From sequence record OZ035800.1: DNA of 64,000 nucleotides. One strand, given 5' to 3'. Below, in pieces: positions 1 to 10,582 of the stretch. The stretch is from Felixounavirus LF82P5. Under the pieces are notes generated by a model, which saw only the letters and a program-made list of their open reading frames with translations, was not told where the DNA came from and made no database searches. Position numbers and translations under genes: made by a program. The number at the start of each line of letters is the position of its first letter. The first letter of the stretch is position 1.

Positions 1-29
1 CTGAATAATTCTATTTGCGGAGGCGCTTA

Positions 30-1631
30 ATGGACTTAAATGCTGTTAAGCAGAAGCGAGTGGAAGATGTTAGGAAAGTCCTAGCTGGAGAGTTGGGGCT
101 TTCTGATGAAGTAAAAGAAATTATTAAATCATTCGGTAAAGACCCCTCTAAATTCCTTCCAACTCAAATTCTGACTTTATTAAGATACACACCAGACCAA
201 GTTCGCCTCATCTTTAAATTGATGACTGATAAGAACTATGTAGCCCCTCAACCGGGTTCTCAAGAGGTCTTTTTAAATACTAATGCTGACTTGGTTCTCT
301 ATGGTGGTGCTGCTGGTGCTGGTAAGACTGCTGCATTGTTAATGGACTCTTTAAGATTTATTGAAGACCCTAACTATAATGCTGTGTATTTCCGTCGAAA
401 CACAACACAGTTACAGGGTGGTTTATGGCCTGCTGCAAAGAAACTATTTGGTAAGTTTGGTGGGATTCCTCACGAGCAGAAAATGACTATCACATTCCCT
501 TCTGGGGCGACTATCAAGTTTACCTACCTAGAACTTGAAAAGCACGCTGAAGGTCATCAGGGTATTGAATACTCAGCTATTTACTTTGACGAAGGTACAC
601 ACTTCTCTGCTTCACAGATTTCATACCTACAAACCCGTCTACGTTCTGGTGCTGAAGGCGATTCATACATGAAGATTTCCATGAACCCAGACAGAGACCA
701 TTTTATTTATGATTGGGTAGAACCATTCTTAGATGAAGAAGGTTATCCAGACCCTGAAAAGTGTGGTCGTATTCGTTGGTATGTAATGAACGATGGTGTG
801 ATGGTTTCTGATTGGGAGAGAGACAAGATTCTTGAAATGTTCCCTCTTGAGATTCCTCAAACATACACCTTTATCTCTGGTACGATTGATGATAACCCAA
901 TCCTTGACTTCTTAGAACCAAAGTATCGCGGTAAGTTGGAAAACAACACTCCTGTAAACGTTGCAAGACTTCGTTTCGGTAACTGGAAGGCTCGTGCAGA
1001 AGGTTCAAACTATTGGCAAAGACAATGGTGTGAGATTGTTGATTCACTCCCAGAAGATGTATTCGATGTTAGAGCATGGGACTTAGCAGCAACTTTACCA
1101 TCTGAGGTTAACCCTAATCCAGACTGGACAGCAGGTGTTAAGATGGGTAAATCTAAAAAAGACGGTTGCTATTATATCATTGATGTAGTAAGATTTAGAG
1201 ATAGACCCTCTGGAGTCGAAACACAAATTAATTTGACTGCTGAAAGTGACGGTAAGCGAACTGGTATTTTTATCCCTCAAGACCCAGGCGCTGCTGGTAA
1301 ATCCTACGCAACATCCCTCATCAGGAAACTTGCCGAGAAAGGCTATCGTGCAAGAGCCAAACCAACAAATAAAGATAAAGTTACCCGATTTGCGGGATTT
1401 TCTGCTGCTTCTGAAGCTGGACTTGTAAAAGTCTTGAGAGGTAGTTGGAATGAAGCTTACTTTCAAGAACTTGAAGGTTTTTGTGGTGATGGTAAAACTA
1501 AAGATGACCAAGTGGATGCTACCAGTGATGCTTTCAACAGTCTTAACGAAGTTAAATTATTCAAGCCACCATCAATGGGTGCTCACACAGACTTAGTGAG
1601 AGGAAACCCATATGAGGGGCTTAGACGTTGA
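30..1631 (+). CDS. Terminase large subunit
   Basis: Walker A GGAAGAGKT near N-terminus; ATG at 30 preceded by GGAGG (track start 15 is TTG); sits just upstream of portal. Confidence 0.8.
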   Translation: MDLNAVKQKRVEDVRKVLAGELGLSDEVKEIIKSFGKDPSKFLPTQILTLLRYTPDQVRLIFKLMTDKNYVAPQPGSQEVFLNTNADLVLYGGAAGAGKTAALLMDSLRFIEDPNYNAVYFRRNTTQLQGGLWPAAKKLFGKFGGIPHEQKMTITFPSGATIKFTYLELEKHAEGHQGIEYSAIYFDEGTHFSASQISYLQTRLRSGAEGDSYMKISMNPDRDHFIYDWVEPFLDEEGYPDPEKCGRIRWYVMNDGVMVSDWERDKILEMFPLEIPQTYTFISGTIDDNPILDFLEPKYRGKLENNTPVNVARLRFGNWKARAEGSNYWQRQWCEIVDSLPEDVFDVRAWDLAATLPSEVNPNPDWTAGVKMGKSKKDGCYYIIDVVRFRDRPSGVETQINLTAESDGKRTGIFIPQDPGAAGKSYATSLIRKLAEKGYRARAKPTNKDKVTRFAGFSAASEAGLVKVLRGSWNEAYFQELEGFCGDGKTKDDQVDATSDAFNSLNEVKLFKPPSMGAHTDLVRGNPYEGLRR

Positions 1632-1648
1632 TAGCTAGGTGAAGAAGA

Positions 1649-3115
1649 ATGGCAGATATTACAGAAACACAAGAAAGCTTACCACCATTTAGAATGGGTG
1701 AAGTAGGTTCTTTGGGTCTGAAGGTTAAGAATGGAAGAATCTATGAAGAACCTCGTCAGGCACTAAGGTTCCCTGAAAGTATTAAAACTTTCCAATTAAT
1801 GATGCGTGACCCTGCTGTAGCAGCATCTGTAAATATTATTAAGATGTTTGTCAGAAAAGTCAACTGGAGATTCGTACCTCCAAAGGGAAAAGAGCAAGAC
1901 CCTAAAATGCTTGAAAGAGCAGACTTCTTTAATTCTTTAATGGATGACATGGAGCATGATTGGGCAGATTTTATTAATTCTGTAATGTCATTCTGCACTT
2001 ATGGGTTTTGTGTTAACGAGAAAGTTTATAAGAAGCGACAGGGTAAAAAAGGAAAGTACCAGTCAAAATTTGATGATGGTCTAATTGGGTGGGCTAAATT
2101 ACCAATCAGAAATCAATCAACGCTTGATAAGTGGTATTTTGACGAAGACTTTAGAAAAGTTACTGGTGTAAGACAGAATCTGAGAAATGTTTCACATATT
2201 GCTGGAGCAATTAATCTTGGAGAAAGACCACTAACAAGAAAACTCCCACGAGCTAAGTTCATGCTGTTTAAGTATGACGATGAGTATGGTAACCCAGAAG
2301 GTCGTTCACCATTACTTAATGCTTATGTACCGTGGAAGTATAAAGTACAGATTGAAGAGTATGAAGCTGTTGGTGTTTCAAGAGACTTAGTAGGTATGCC
2401 AAAGATTGGTTTACCACCAGATTATCTGGATGAAAATGCAGAACCTGAAAAGAAAGCTTTCGTACAATACTGCAAAACTGTTGTTAATGATATGATTGCT
2501 AACGACAGAGCAGGTTTAATCTGGCCTAGATATATCGACCCAGATACTAAAGAGGATATTTTCGAGTTCTCATTAGTTTCTAGACAGGGTGCTAAAGCAT
2601 ACGATACAGGTTCTATTATTGACAGATATTCCAAGCAGATTATGATGGCATTTATGTCAGATGTTCTTGCTATGGGTCAGTCAAAATACGGTTCATTCTC
2701 TCTTGCAGATTCTAAGACAAGCTTACTAGCAATGTCGGTAGATATTCTACTGAAGCAAATTAAGAACGTAATTAACCGTGATTTAGTTGCACAGACTTAT
2801 GCTCTTAATATGTGGGACGATGAAGAACATGTACAAATCACATATGATGATATCGAAACTCCAGACCTTGAAGCAATTGGTTCTTATATCCAGAAGACTG
2901 TTGCAGTAGGTGCTTTGGAAGTTGACAAAGAGCTATCTAACAAGCTTAGAGAGCATATTGGTCTTCCTCCTGCTGATGAGTCTCAACCAGTATCTGAAAA
3001 GCTTTCTCCAAATAGTCAAAGCCGTTCAGGAGATGGTTATAAGACCGCTGGAGAAGGTACTGCAAAGACACCTTCAGCGAAAGACCCAAGCACAGCAAAT
3101 AAGGCAAATAAATAA
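1649..3115 (+). CDS. Portal protein (by synteny)
   Basis: 488 aa ORF immediately after terminase, before protease and capsid genes. Confidence 0.55.
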   Translation: MADITETQESLPPFRMGEVGSLGLKVKNGRIYEEPRQALRFPESIKTFQLMMRDPAVAASVNIIKMFVRKVNWRFVPPKGKEQDPKMLERADFFNSLMDDMEHDWADFINSVMSFCTYGFCVNEKVYKKRQGKKGKYQSKFDDGLIGWAKLPIRNQSTLDKWYFDEDFRKVTGVRQNLRNVSHIAGAINLGERPLTRKLPRAKFMLFKYDDEYGNPEGRSPLLNAYVPWKYKVQIEEYEAVGVSRDLVGMPKIGLPPDYLDENAEPEKKAFVQYCKTVVNDMIANDRAGLIWPRYIDPDTKEDIFEFSLVSRQGAKAYDTGSIIDRYSKQIMMAFMSDVLAMGQSKYGSFSLADSKTSLLAMSVDILLKQIKNVINRDLVAQTYALNMWDDEEHVQITYDDIETPDLEAIGSYIQKTVAVGALEVDKELSNKLREHIGLPPADESQPVSEKLSPNSQSRSGDGYKTAGEGTAKTPSAKDPSTANKANK

Positions 3116-3615
3116 TGGCTGAAGTTATCTCTATTTCAAATGCTACACGAGTGCATTCGTATAGAGGTGTTCTTATTATCACTGACAAATTATCTGTAGA
3201 GGCTGGCTCAAGGGTCAGCCTTTCAGGTTATGTAAGTGATGGTGGAACCTCTGACGTTTTCACTATTTGCAGGTTACTTGATGCACCAATGAGTGGAAAA
3301 CCGTTTATTTTAGGAAATTGTAGTGAAATTGTTAAAATTCCATTTGACAGTTCATGCCTTTTGGGTGTAAAGTTATATAACTGCGAGAATAAACGTATCA
3401 ATGTTAATAGCATTGAAGCCGCTTTCATTACCCTCGACACTGCATTTCAATCTCCAATGACAGTTAATAAAGAAACAAACAGACTTGAATACATTTTTTC
3501 ACAAAATGATTACAAAGTACTTGTCAAAGGCAAAGTATATGATATGATTGTAAATGTGGTAGATGAATCTGGTAACCATTCAACAGTCCTTAAACAAAAA
3601 GTAAGGTTTAATTAA
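3115..3615 (+). CDS. Hypothetical head-associated protein
   Basis: 166 aa ORF, start overlaps portal stop (ATGA-type coupling). Confidence 0.4.
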   Translation: MAEVISISNATRVHSYRGVLIITDKLSVEAGSRVSLSGYVSDGGTSDVFTICRLLDAPMSGKPFILGNCSEIVKIPFDSSCLLGVKLYNCENKRINVNSIEAAFITLDTAFQSPMTVNKETNRLEYIFSQNDYKVLVKGKVYDMIVNVVDESGNHSTVLKQKVRFN

Positions 3616-3947
3616 TGGGAACATTAACTATTGATGGTAAGAATAAAATCCTCGCCACGCTAACCCCAACGACTATTATTTTACACAATGTAGACCCAAC
3701 GGCAGACCCTACAGCAAATAAGGTTACTCAGCCAGTGGCTATTTATTTTTCTGAACCGGATAATGGCTTAATTGCCTCAGAAGATACAGTTAATATTACT
3801 GTTCCAGCTTCTGCAACGGTCTCACACTATAGCTTGTGGGATGCTAACGATAAATGCGTGGCAACTGGTGCTCTTAGCAAACCTCAATTCTTCGCTGAAG
3901 AAGGTATCTATGTTATCTCTTCAGTCTCTGTAGATTTAAACAAATAG
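3615..3947 (+). CDS. Hypothetical head-associated protein
   Basis: 110 aa ORF coupled to upstream gene. Confidence 0.4.
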   Translation: MGTLTIDGKNKILATLTPTTIILHNVDPTADPTANKVTQPVAIYFSEPDNGLIASEDTVNITVPASATVSHYSLWDANDKCVATGALSKPQFFAEEGIYVISSVSVDLNK

Positions 3948-3958
3948 GGTGAGTAAAA

Positions 3959-5305
3959 ATGAGTTCGAATATCTTCAGACTTGCTGATAGATTATTCAAC
4001 CAACCTTTACTAGCCACTGAATCATTAGCTCACTCAGCAGCAACTTATGTGAATAACAGATTGCTGGGTGATGTCCAAGCAGCAGTAAACTTTGATAAAC
4101 CCAAAGGTGAAGCAAGAAGTCTTTTAAAAGTGAAAGATGACATTGCTATTATCCCTATTATGGGTGGTTTAACCCATCGTATGACATTCATTGATGCAAT
4201 GTGTACAGGTGGATTAAGCTCTTATGAAGGTTTGCGTAGAGGCTTTGACGAAGCTTTAGCAGATGAGTCAATCAAGACTATTGTTCTGCACATCGATTCT
4301 GGTGGTGGTGAAGCTTCAGGTTGCTTTGAATTAGCACGTCACATTATGGCTTCAAGAGGCCAAAAGAAAATTATTGCTTATGTAGATGAGTTCGCTTGTT
4401 CCGCTGCATACGCTCTTGCATCTTCTGCTGAAGAAATTATTGCATCACCAGATGCAGATGTTGGTTCTATTGGTGTAATCATGGTTCATCAGGAATTAAC
4501 TAAGGCATTTGAAAAGAATGGCGTAACAATTAACGTCATCAAAGCTGGTGAGTTTAAAGGTATGGGTTCACCATTCCAAGCACTTTCAGAAGAAAGCAAA
4601 GAAAGACTTCAAAAGAGAATTAATGATACCTACGCAACCTTTACAGGTTTTGTAGCTGAATCTCGTAATCTCTCTGAAGAAGCTGTAAAGAATACTGAGG
4701 CGAATGTTTATTCTGCTCAGGAAGCTCTTGAACTTGGTTTAATTAACTCAATCATGTCTCAAGATGATTTCTTAAATTACTTACAAGGTTCTGAAGAGGC
4801 TCCTGTAAGTTTAAACGTTAACAATTCAGGTGAAGAAATGACTGAACAAGAAAAGCAAGAACTAGAAGCTTTGCGTCTTCAGGTTGCTCAAATGAAAGCT
4901 AAAGAACAGGAAGCTGCTTTGTCAGATTTGACTAATAAGATTTCTGCTTCTGCTGAAGCTTTTGGGTTTGATGCAAAAGAAGCTGCAACGACTATTTTAG
5001 GTGCTGGTCTTGATAACCCTCTGAGCGTTCTGTTTATGAATGCTATGGAAGGTGCTAACCAGAAACTTAATGAAACTATCGCGTCCCATGCTTCTGCAAT
5101 GGAAGAAAAAGAATCAGAAATTACCAAGCTGAAAGAAACTGCTGGTGCTGTTCTTGAACATTCTAATGCTATGGAAGAAATGGGTAATGACGGCGAAGCT
5201 GATTTGGTTGAAGAAGAAAAAGAACCAGCTAAGAATGCTTCCGAAGACACCGCTGAACAACGCAAACTGGCTCTCCAGAATGCTCTAAAATCTCTTATCA
5301 AATAA
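3959..5305 (+). CDS. Prohead protease (S49/SppA-like) fused to acidic coiled-coil scaffold-like C-terminal domain
   Basis: N-terminal region with IIAYVDEFACSAAYALASSAEEI resembling S49 peptidase core; C-terminal 170 aa E/A/K-rich; position between portal and capsid as in lambda C/Nu3. Confidence 0.6.
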   Translation: MSSNIFRLADRLFNQPLLATESLAHSAATYVNNRLLGDVQAAVNFDKPKGEARSLLKVKDDIAIIPIMGGLTHRMTFIDAMCTGGLSSYEGLRRGFDEALADESIKTIVLHIDSGGGEASGCFELARHIMASRGQKKIIAYVDEFACSAAYALASSAEEIIASPDADVGSIGVIMVHQELTKAFEKNGVTINVIKAGEFKGMGSPFQALSEESKERLQKRINDTYATFTGFVAESRNLSEEAVKNTEANVYSAQEALELGLINSIMSQDDFLNYLQGSEEAPVSLNVNNSGEEMTEQEKQELEALRLQVAQMKAKEQEAALSDLTNKISASAEAFGFDAKEAATTILGAGLDNPLSVLFMNAMEGANQKLNETIASHASAMEEKESEITKLKETAGAVLEHSNAMEEMGNDGEADLVEEEKEPAKNASEDTAEQRKLALQNALKSLIK

Positions 5306-5316
5306 GGAACACAATA

Positions 5317-5694
5317 ATGGCATATGAAGGTTTTACTCACTTAGGTAAAAGAGAACCTCTGAATGATATCATTCTTTGGGAACAGGTTACCCCAACAGGT
5401 CACTCTCGCAAAGAGTACACTCCAGTTGCTTCAACAGAATACCGTGTAGGTGAAGTCCTGAAAGCAGATGGTACTAAAGTTGCAGCAGGGGAAGAAGCTC
5501 AGGCTGATTCTGTATGTATCGTTAACTTTTACGCAGACCTACAACTGTCTTACCACGGTCAGTTGAAAGTTGTTGGCATTTACCGTGACGCAGAACTAAA
5601 AGACCTGCTTACTCTTGAATCAGGTGTTGATGCTGATGCAGTCAAGACAGCTCTGGCTGCTAAAGGTATTGATTTCGTACCAACTGGCCTGTAA
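5317..5694 (+). CDS. Head decoration-like protein (by position)
   Basis: 125 aa ORF between protease-scaffold and major capsid gene. Confidence 0.35.
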   Translation: MAYEGFTHLGKREPLNDIILWEQVTPTGHSRKEYTPVASTEYRVGEVLKADGTKVAAGEEAQADSVCIVNFYADLQLSYHGQLKVVGIYRDAELKDLLTLESGVDADAVKTALAAKGIDFVPTGL

Positions 5695-5727
5695 TAACAA
5701 TAATAAGACATTCTGGAGAATTTTACA

Positions 5728-6831
5728 ATGTTGACTAATTCTGAAAAAAGCAGATTTTTCCTTGCTGACCTGACTGGTGAAGTCCAGTCTATCCCAAATA
5801 CTTATGGGTATATTTCCAACTTAGGTCTATTCCGTTCAGCACCAATCACCCAAACTACTTTCCTTATGGACTTGACTGATTGGGATGTTAGCTTGCTTGA
5901 TGCGGTAGACCGTGATAGCCGTAAAGCAGAGACTAGCGCACCTGAGCGTGTTCGTCAAATCAGCTTCCCAATGATGTACTTCAAAGAAGTTGAAAGCATT
6001 ACTCCTGATGAGATTCAGGGTGTACGTCAGCCAGGCACTGCAAACGAACTGACTACTGAAGCTGTAGTACGTGCCAAGAAGCTGATGAAGATTCGTACCA
6101 AGTTCGATATTACTCGTGAGTTCCTGTTTATGCAAGCTCTGAAGGGTAAAGTTGTTGATGCTCGTGGTACTCTGTACGCTGACCTGTACAAGCAGTTCGA
6201 CGTTGAGAAGAAGACTATTTACTTTGACCTTGACAACCCTAATGCTGACATCGATGCTTCTATTGAAGAACTGCGTATGCACATGGAAGATGAAGCTAAG
6301 ACTGGCACTGTAATCAACGGTGAAGAAATTCACGTAGTTGTTGACCGTGTATTCTTCAGCAAACTGACTAAGCACCCTAAGATTCGTGATGCTTATCTTG
6401 CACAGCAGACTCCGCTGGCTTGGCAACAGATTACTGGTTCTCTGAGAACTGGTGGTGCCGACGGCGTTCAAGCTCACATGAACACTTTCTACTACGGTGG
6501 CGTTAAGTTTGTCCAGTATAACGGTAAGTTTAAAGACAAGCGTGGTAAGGTTCATACTCTGGTTAGCATTGATGGTGCTGGTGCAGACGTTGGTGTAGGG
6601 CACGCTTTCCCTAACGTATCTATGTTGGGTGAAGCTAACAACATCTTTGAAGTTGCATACGGCCCATGTCCTAAGATGGGTTATGCAAATACACTTGGTC
6701 AGGAACTATACGTATTCGAATACGAAAAAGACCGTGACGAAGGTATTGACTTCGAAGCTCACTCTTACATGCTGCCATACTGTACTCGTCCTCAGTTGCT
6801 GGTAGATGTTCGTGCTGACGCTCAAGGCTAA
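5728..6831 (+). CDS. Major capsid protein (by synteny)
   Basis: 367 aa ORF with GGAG RBS, after protease/decoration genes. Confidence 0.6.
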   Translation: MLTNSEKSRFFLADLTGEVQSIPNTYGYISNLGLFRSAPITQTTFLMDLTDWDVSLLDAVDRDSRKAETSAPERVRQISFPMMYFKEVESITPDEIQGVRQPGTANELTTEAVVRAKKLMKIRTKFDITREFLFMQALKGKVVDARGTLYADLYKQFDVEKKTIYFDLDNPNADIDASIEELRMHMEDEAKTGTVINGEEIHVVVDRVFFSKLTKHPKIRDAYLAQQTPLAWQQITGSLRTGGADGVQAHMNTFYYGGVKFVQYNGKFKDKRGKVHTLVSIDGAGADVGVGHAFPNVSMLGEANNIFEVAYGPCPKMGYANTLGQELYVFEYEKDRDEGIDFEAHSYMLPYCTRPQLLVDVRADAQG

Positions 6832-6852
6832 TATTCTTAAGGAGGGTTATGA

Positions 6853-7302
6853 ATGTGCTATACAGGCGACCCAGCCAATAACCCTCTTGATAGAGTAAGA
6901 ATCCTCTGCACAGACACCAATAATGATGAAATTCTTATTGAACAGTCTGTGCTAGAGTGGTTCTATCTAGAATCTGGAAAGGATGAAAAGAAAGCAGCCA
7001 TCAAAGCTCTTAAATATTTACTCTTTCAAGTAGCCAAGATGGGAGATGAGAAGGTTGGTGGTGTTTATTTACGTAACTCTTCCAGATTCAAATCTCTGAA
7101 AGCTGTTTATGACGACCTTGTTAAAAGCTCTGTTTCAGGACTACCCTATGCAGGTGGTATTAATCAGTGTGATATTGACATGCGTCGTCAGAATCCTTGC
7201 TCTGTCAAGAAATACACAGAATATGGTGATGCTGCCAGATACGAAGGCAGAGATTACTGCAACCGTGTTAATGGCGTATTTATTATCGAGCGAGATGAAT
7301 AA
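6853..7302 (+). CDS. Hypothetical head-tail connector/completion protein
   Basis: 149 aa ORF in head-tail joining position. Confidence 0.4.
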   Translation: MCYTGDPANNPLDRVRILCTDTNNDEILIEQSVLEWFYLESGKDEKKAAIKALKYLLFQVAKMGDEKVGGVYLRNSSRFKSLKAVYDDLVKSSVSGLPYAGGINQCDIDMRRQNPCSVKKYTEYGDAARYEGRDYCNRVNGVFIIERDE

Positions 7303-7784
7303 TGGTTAAAAGGGTTATTCACCCCGCGAGAGCAAAATTAGTCGGGGCTATGAAGAACTTGCAAACGGCTAATGCTCAAGTTGGGTATTTTCAAGAACAA
7401 GGTCAACATAGCTCTGGTTTTTCTTATCCTGCTTTAATGTATTTACAAGAAGTTATTGGGGTTCCTTCAGCTTCTGGTAAAGTATATCGTAGGTTGTTTG
7501 AAATCACTATGATGCTAAACAAACAGACCTTGTTAGAGCAGACTAAGAAGAATCTATATAAGCAACTTAGCAGTCTCAATACAGACCCTTCAAATACCTT
7601 AGAAGCATTTGCAAAGAATGCTCAAAAGGCAATTAAAAGGGGTTTTGGTAATTCTGCTATCCTCCCTCCTAACGCACCTTCCACAGTCAAGAAAAAAGGC
7701 TTTAACGCACCTCTTGTTGAGACAGGTGACTTAAGAGATAACCTTGCTTATAAAATTTCTACTAAGAAGGGTATTAAGAAATGA
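7302..7784 (+). CDS. Hypothetical head-tail joining protein
   Basis: 160 aa ORF, ATGA overlap with upstream gene. Confidence 0.4.
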   Translation: MVKRVIHPARAKLVGAMKNLQTANAQVGYFQEQGQHSSGFSYPALMYLQEVIGVPSASGKVYRRLFEITMMLNKQTLLEQTKKNLYKQLSSLNTDPSNTLEAFAKNAQKAIKRGFGNSAILPPNAPSTVKKKGFNAPLVETGDLRDNLAYKISTKKGIKK

Positions 7785-8182
7785 GACTCTTAAACAGACA
7801 CAGCTTTGTAGTAAAGCGTAAAGTCTCTGAAGACGGTTATTATAACGATGATGGTGATTGGGTAGCTTCACAAGATATTGTAGAGGTTAACTGTAAAGGT
7901 AATATCCAGCCATACATCAAAGGTTCTGTAAAGAATGGTACACAGATTGCTTTACCGGAAGGTATTAGGCTTACCGATACGAGAATCCTGTATACCACAT
8001 ATAAACTTAGAACTTCAGATGATGTAGAGTGGAATGAGTCTGATATTGTTATGATTGATGGTCATGAGTATGAAGTATTTATGACTATGGATTGGTCACA
8101 GCAATTAGCCCATACGTCCCATTATGAATATATCATTATTAGAAGGGATAAAATGAATGCAGTTAGAAACAGCAGAACTTGA
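7781..8182 (+). CDS. Hypothetical head-tail joining protein
   Basis: 133 aa ORF, coupled. Confidence 0.4.
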   Translation: MRLLNRHSFVVKRKVSEDGYYNDDGDWVASQDIVEVNCKGNIQPYIKGSVKNGTQIALPEGIRLTDTRILYTTYKLRTSDDVEWNESDIVMIDGHEYEVFMTMDWSQQLAHTSHYEYIIIRRDKMNAVRNSRT

Positions 8183-8756
8183 AAAAGGTCTAGTTAGAAC
8201 CTTAGTGGATGTTATTGGTCACAGACTAGCTCGTGATAAAAATAATAGACCGAATGTAATTAGAGCTTACCCTTCTGATAACTCAAATGACAAAGGTTTA
8301 AAACCTGACCAGCCATTTATTACCGTATATTGTCAAGATGCTGCAACACCTTATGGTTGGGTTCTTGATAAGTTTGTTGAGGATGATGTAGTTTGCTACA
8401 GAATTGCTTTTCAGATTCCAGTATTAATTACGGTGAATGGTAAAGGTGCTCACAGTATTATGCTTGAGCTTAAACAACGATTAGAGATGAGTTCAGTCAG
8501 GGATTTAATTCTTGAAGAGACAGGAGCTACAGTACTAGACACTGGAGCCATCCCAAATGACTACACTTATCTCAATACAGATTTCGAAAATTCTGCGCCT
8601 CTTGTTGTAACTCTTGTAAAAAATTCAGTCCTGAAAGATGAACGTGGAAGTATTATTGAGCGTGTCATTGTTGATGGTGAGTTGGTTTATGAAGAAGGAC
8701 AAGAGCCACCAGAATATACTATCCATCTAGATGTAGACTCCAAAGGGGTAAAATAA
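8157..8756 (+). CDS. Hypothetical tail completion protein
   Basis: 199 aa ORF directly upstream of sheath gene. Confidence 0.4.
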   Translation: MQLETAELEKGLVRTLVDVIGHRLARDKNNRPNVIRAYPSDNSNDKGLKPDQPFITVYCQDAATPYGWVLDKFVEDDVVCYRIAFQIPVLITVNGKGAHSIMLELKQRLEMSSVRDLILEETGATVLDTGAIPNDYTYLNTDFENSAPLVVTLVKNSVLKDERGSIIERVIVDGELVYEEGQEPPEYTIHLDVDSKGVK

Positions 8757-10109
8757 ATGTGGAATCCAATTGTTAATGTAGATATTACATTGAACACCGC
8801 AGGAACTACAAGAGAAGGTTTTGGTTTGCCACTATTCTTAGCTTCAACAGATAACTTTGAAGAAAGAGTCCGTGGTTACACTTCCTTAACTGAAGTTGCT
8901 GAAGATTTCGATGAAAACTCTGCTGCATATAAGGCTGCTAAACAACTTTGGAGTCAGACTCCTAAAGTAACTCAGCTTTATATTGGTAGACGTGCTATGC
9001 AGTACACTGTATCAATTCCTAATGCCGTTGCTGAAAGTACAGACTACTCAATTACTGTAGCTGCTGGCGGTGGAATTTCTCAACCATATCAGTATACAGC
9101 GCAAGCTGAAGACACTGCTGAAAACGTGTTGCAACAGTTTAAAACACAGATTGAAGCTGACCCAACAATCAAAGATAAGGTTTCTGTGAACGTAACTGGT
9201 AGCAATGGCTCTGCCACAATGATTATTACCAAAGCTGGTGATAATGACTTTGTGAAAGTAACAACTACAGCACAGACTGTGTATATTGCAAGTACAACTG
9301 CCGATACAGCATCAACTGCTCTGGCAGCTATCGAAGCTTACTCTACTGACTGGTATTTCATTGCAGCAGAAGACAGAACTCAACAGTTTGTCTTAGCAAT
9401 GGCTTCTGAGATTCAGGCTCGCAAGAAAATCTTCTTTACAGCTAACTCCGATGTAACAGCCCTGCAAGGTACAGAATTAGCCAGTGCAAATGATGTTCCA
9501 GCACAGCTTGCTAAGAGTATGTACACTCGTACAGTTTGCTTGTGGCATCACGCAGCAGCAGAAGACTACCCAGAGATGGCATACATTGCTTATGGTGCTC
9601 CATATGATGCAGGTTCAATTGCTTGGGGTAATGCTCAGCTAACTGGTGTAGCAGCTTCTCTACAACCATCTAATCAGAGACCTCTGACAAGTATTCAGAA
9701 GTCTGCTTTAGATGTACGTCACTGTAACTTTATTGACCTTGATGGTGGTGTTCCAGTGGTTCGTAGAGGGATTACTTCTGGTGGGGAATGGATTGATATC
9801 GTCCGTGGCGTTGACTGGTTAGAATCAGACCTGAAAACTTCTCTGAGAGACTTGCTAATTAACCAGAAGGGTGGTAAGATTACTTATGATGATACTGGTA
9901 TTACCCGTATTCGTCAAGTCATTGAAACCTCTCTACAAAGAGCAGTCAACAGAAACTTCCTGTCATCTTACACAGTTAATGTTCCTAAAGCCTCTCAAGT
10001 TGCTTTGGCAGACAAGAAAGCTCGTATCCTGAAAGATGTTACCTTCGCAGGTATCTTAGCAGGGGCTATCTTGGATGTTGACTTGAAAGGTACAGTGGCT
10101 TACGAATAA
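8757..10109 (+). CDS. Tail sheath protein (by synteny)
   Basis: 450 aa ORF followed by small tube-sized ORF, chaperone pair and tape measure; classic contractile-tail order. Confidence 0.6.
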   Translation: MWNPIVNVDITLNTAGTTREGFGLPLFLASTDNFEERVRGYTSLTEVAEDFDENSAAYKAAKQLWSQTPKVTQLYIGRRAMQYTVSIPNAVAESTDYSITVAAGGGISQPYQYTAQAEDTAENVLQQFKTQIEADPTIKDKVSVNVTGSNGSATMIITKAGDNDFVKVTTTAQTVYIASTTADTASTALAAIEAYSTDWYFIAAEDRTQQFVLAMASEIQARKKIFFTANSDVTALQGTELASANDVPAQLAKSMYTRTVCLWHHAAAEDYPEMAYIAYGAPYDAGSIAWGNAQLTGVAASLQPSNQRPLTSIQKSALDVRHCNFIDLDGGVPVVRRGITSGGEWIDIVRGVDWLESDLKTSLRDLLINQKGGKITYDDTGITRIRQVIETSLQRAVNRNFLSSYTVNVPKASQVALADKKARILKDVTFAGILAGAILDVDLKGTVAYE

Positions 10110-10124
10110 TAGAGGTAAATTGGA

Positions 10125-10571
10125 ATGGCTATGTATCAGCAATATTCCCCTAAAGACGTTGTATGTAGCTGGAATGGTATTGCCATTGAAGGCTTTGCCC
10201 CAGATTCATTCTTGCGTCTACAGAGAACATCACCGCTTGTGACACCAGTTGTTGGTGCAGGTGGTCAAGTTGCTCTGACAAGAAATGCAGACAAGACAGG
10301 TACTATTGAGATTGAGTTAATGCAGACTTCTCTCTCTAACCAGATGCTTTCTGCAATTCAAGCTAAACAAGACAATATGGAACTTGAAGAAGATATCTCT
10401 TCTAACTTCGTAATCTACGACCCATCAGGCTCTGTTCTGGCAACTGGTATTAATGCTTGGTTGCAGGAATTACCACAGATTGAACTTGGTCGTGACCAGA
10501 ACTCTAAAACTTGGATTTTTGGTTGTGAGAAGCTAGACTACACTTCTACAATTCCAGCGTCAAGTGTTTAA
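10125..10571 (+). CDS. Tail tube protein (by synteny)
   Basis: 148 aa ORF after sheath, followed by strong terminator. Confidence 0.6.
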   Translation: MAMYQQYSPKDVVCSWNGIAIEGFAPDSFLRLQRTSPLVTPVVGAGGQVALTRNADKTGTIEIELMQTSLSNQMLSAIQAKQDNMELEEDISSNFVIYDPSGSVLATGINAWLQELPQIELGRDQNSKTWIFGCEKLDYTSTIPASSV

Positions 10572-10582
10572 TAAATCCTATA

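Noticed and set aside
1095-1511. Antisense and alternative-frame ORFs nested inside large genes (for example 1095..1511, 5836..6603, 12802..13044, 33358..33780, 33817..34281, 55474..56001)
   Set aside because: Fully embedded in well-supported longer genes on the opposite strand or frame, no RBS, and low-complexity translations typical of chance ORFs.
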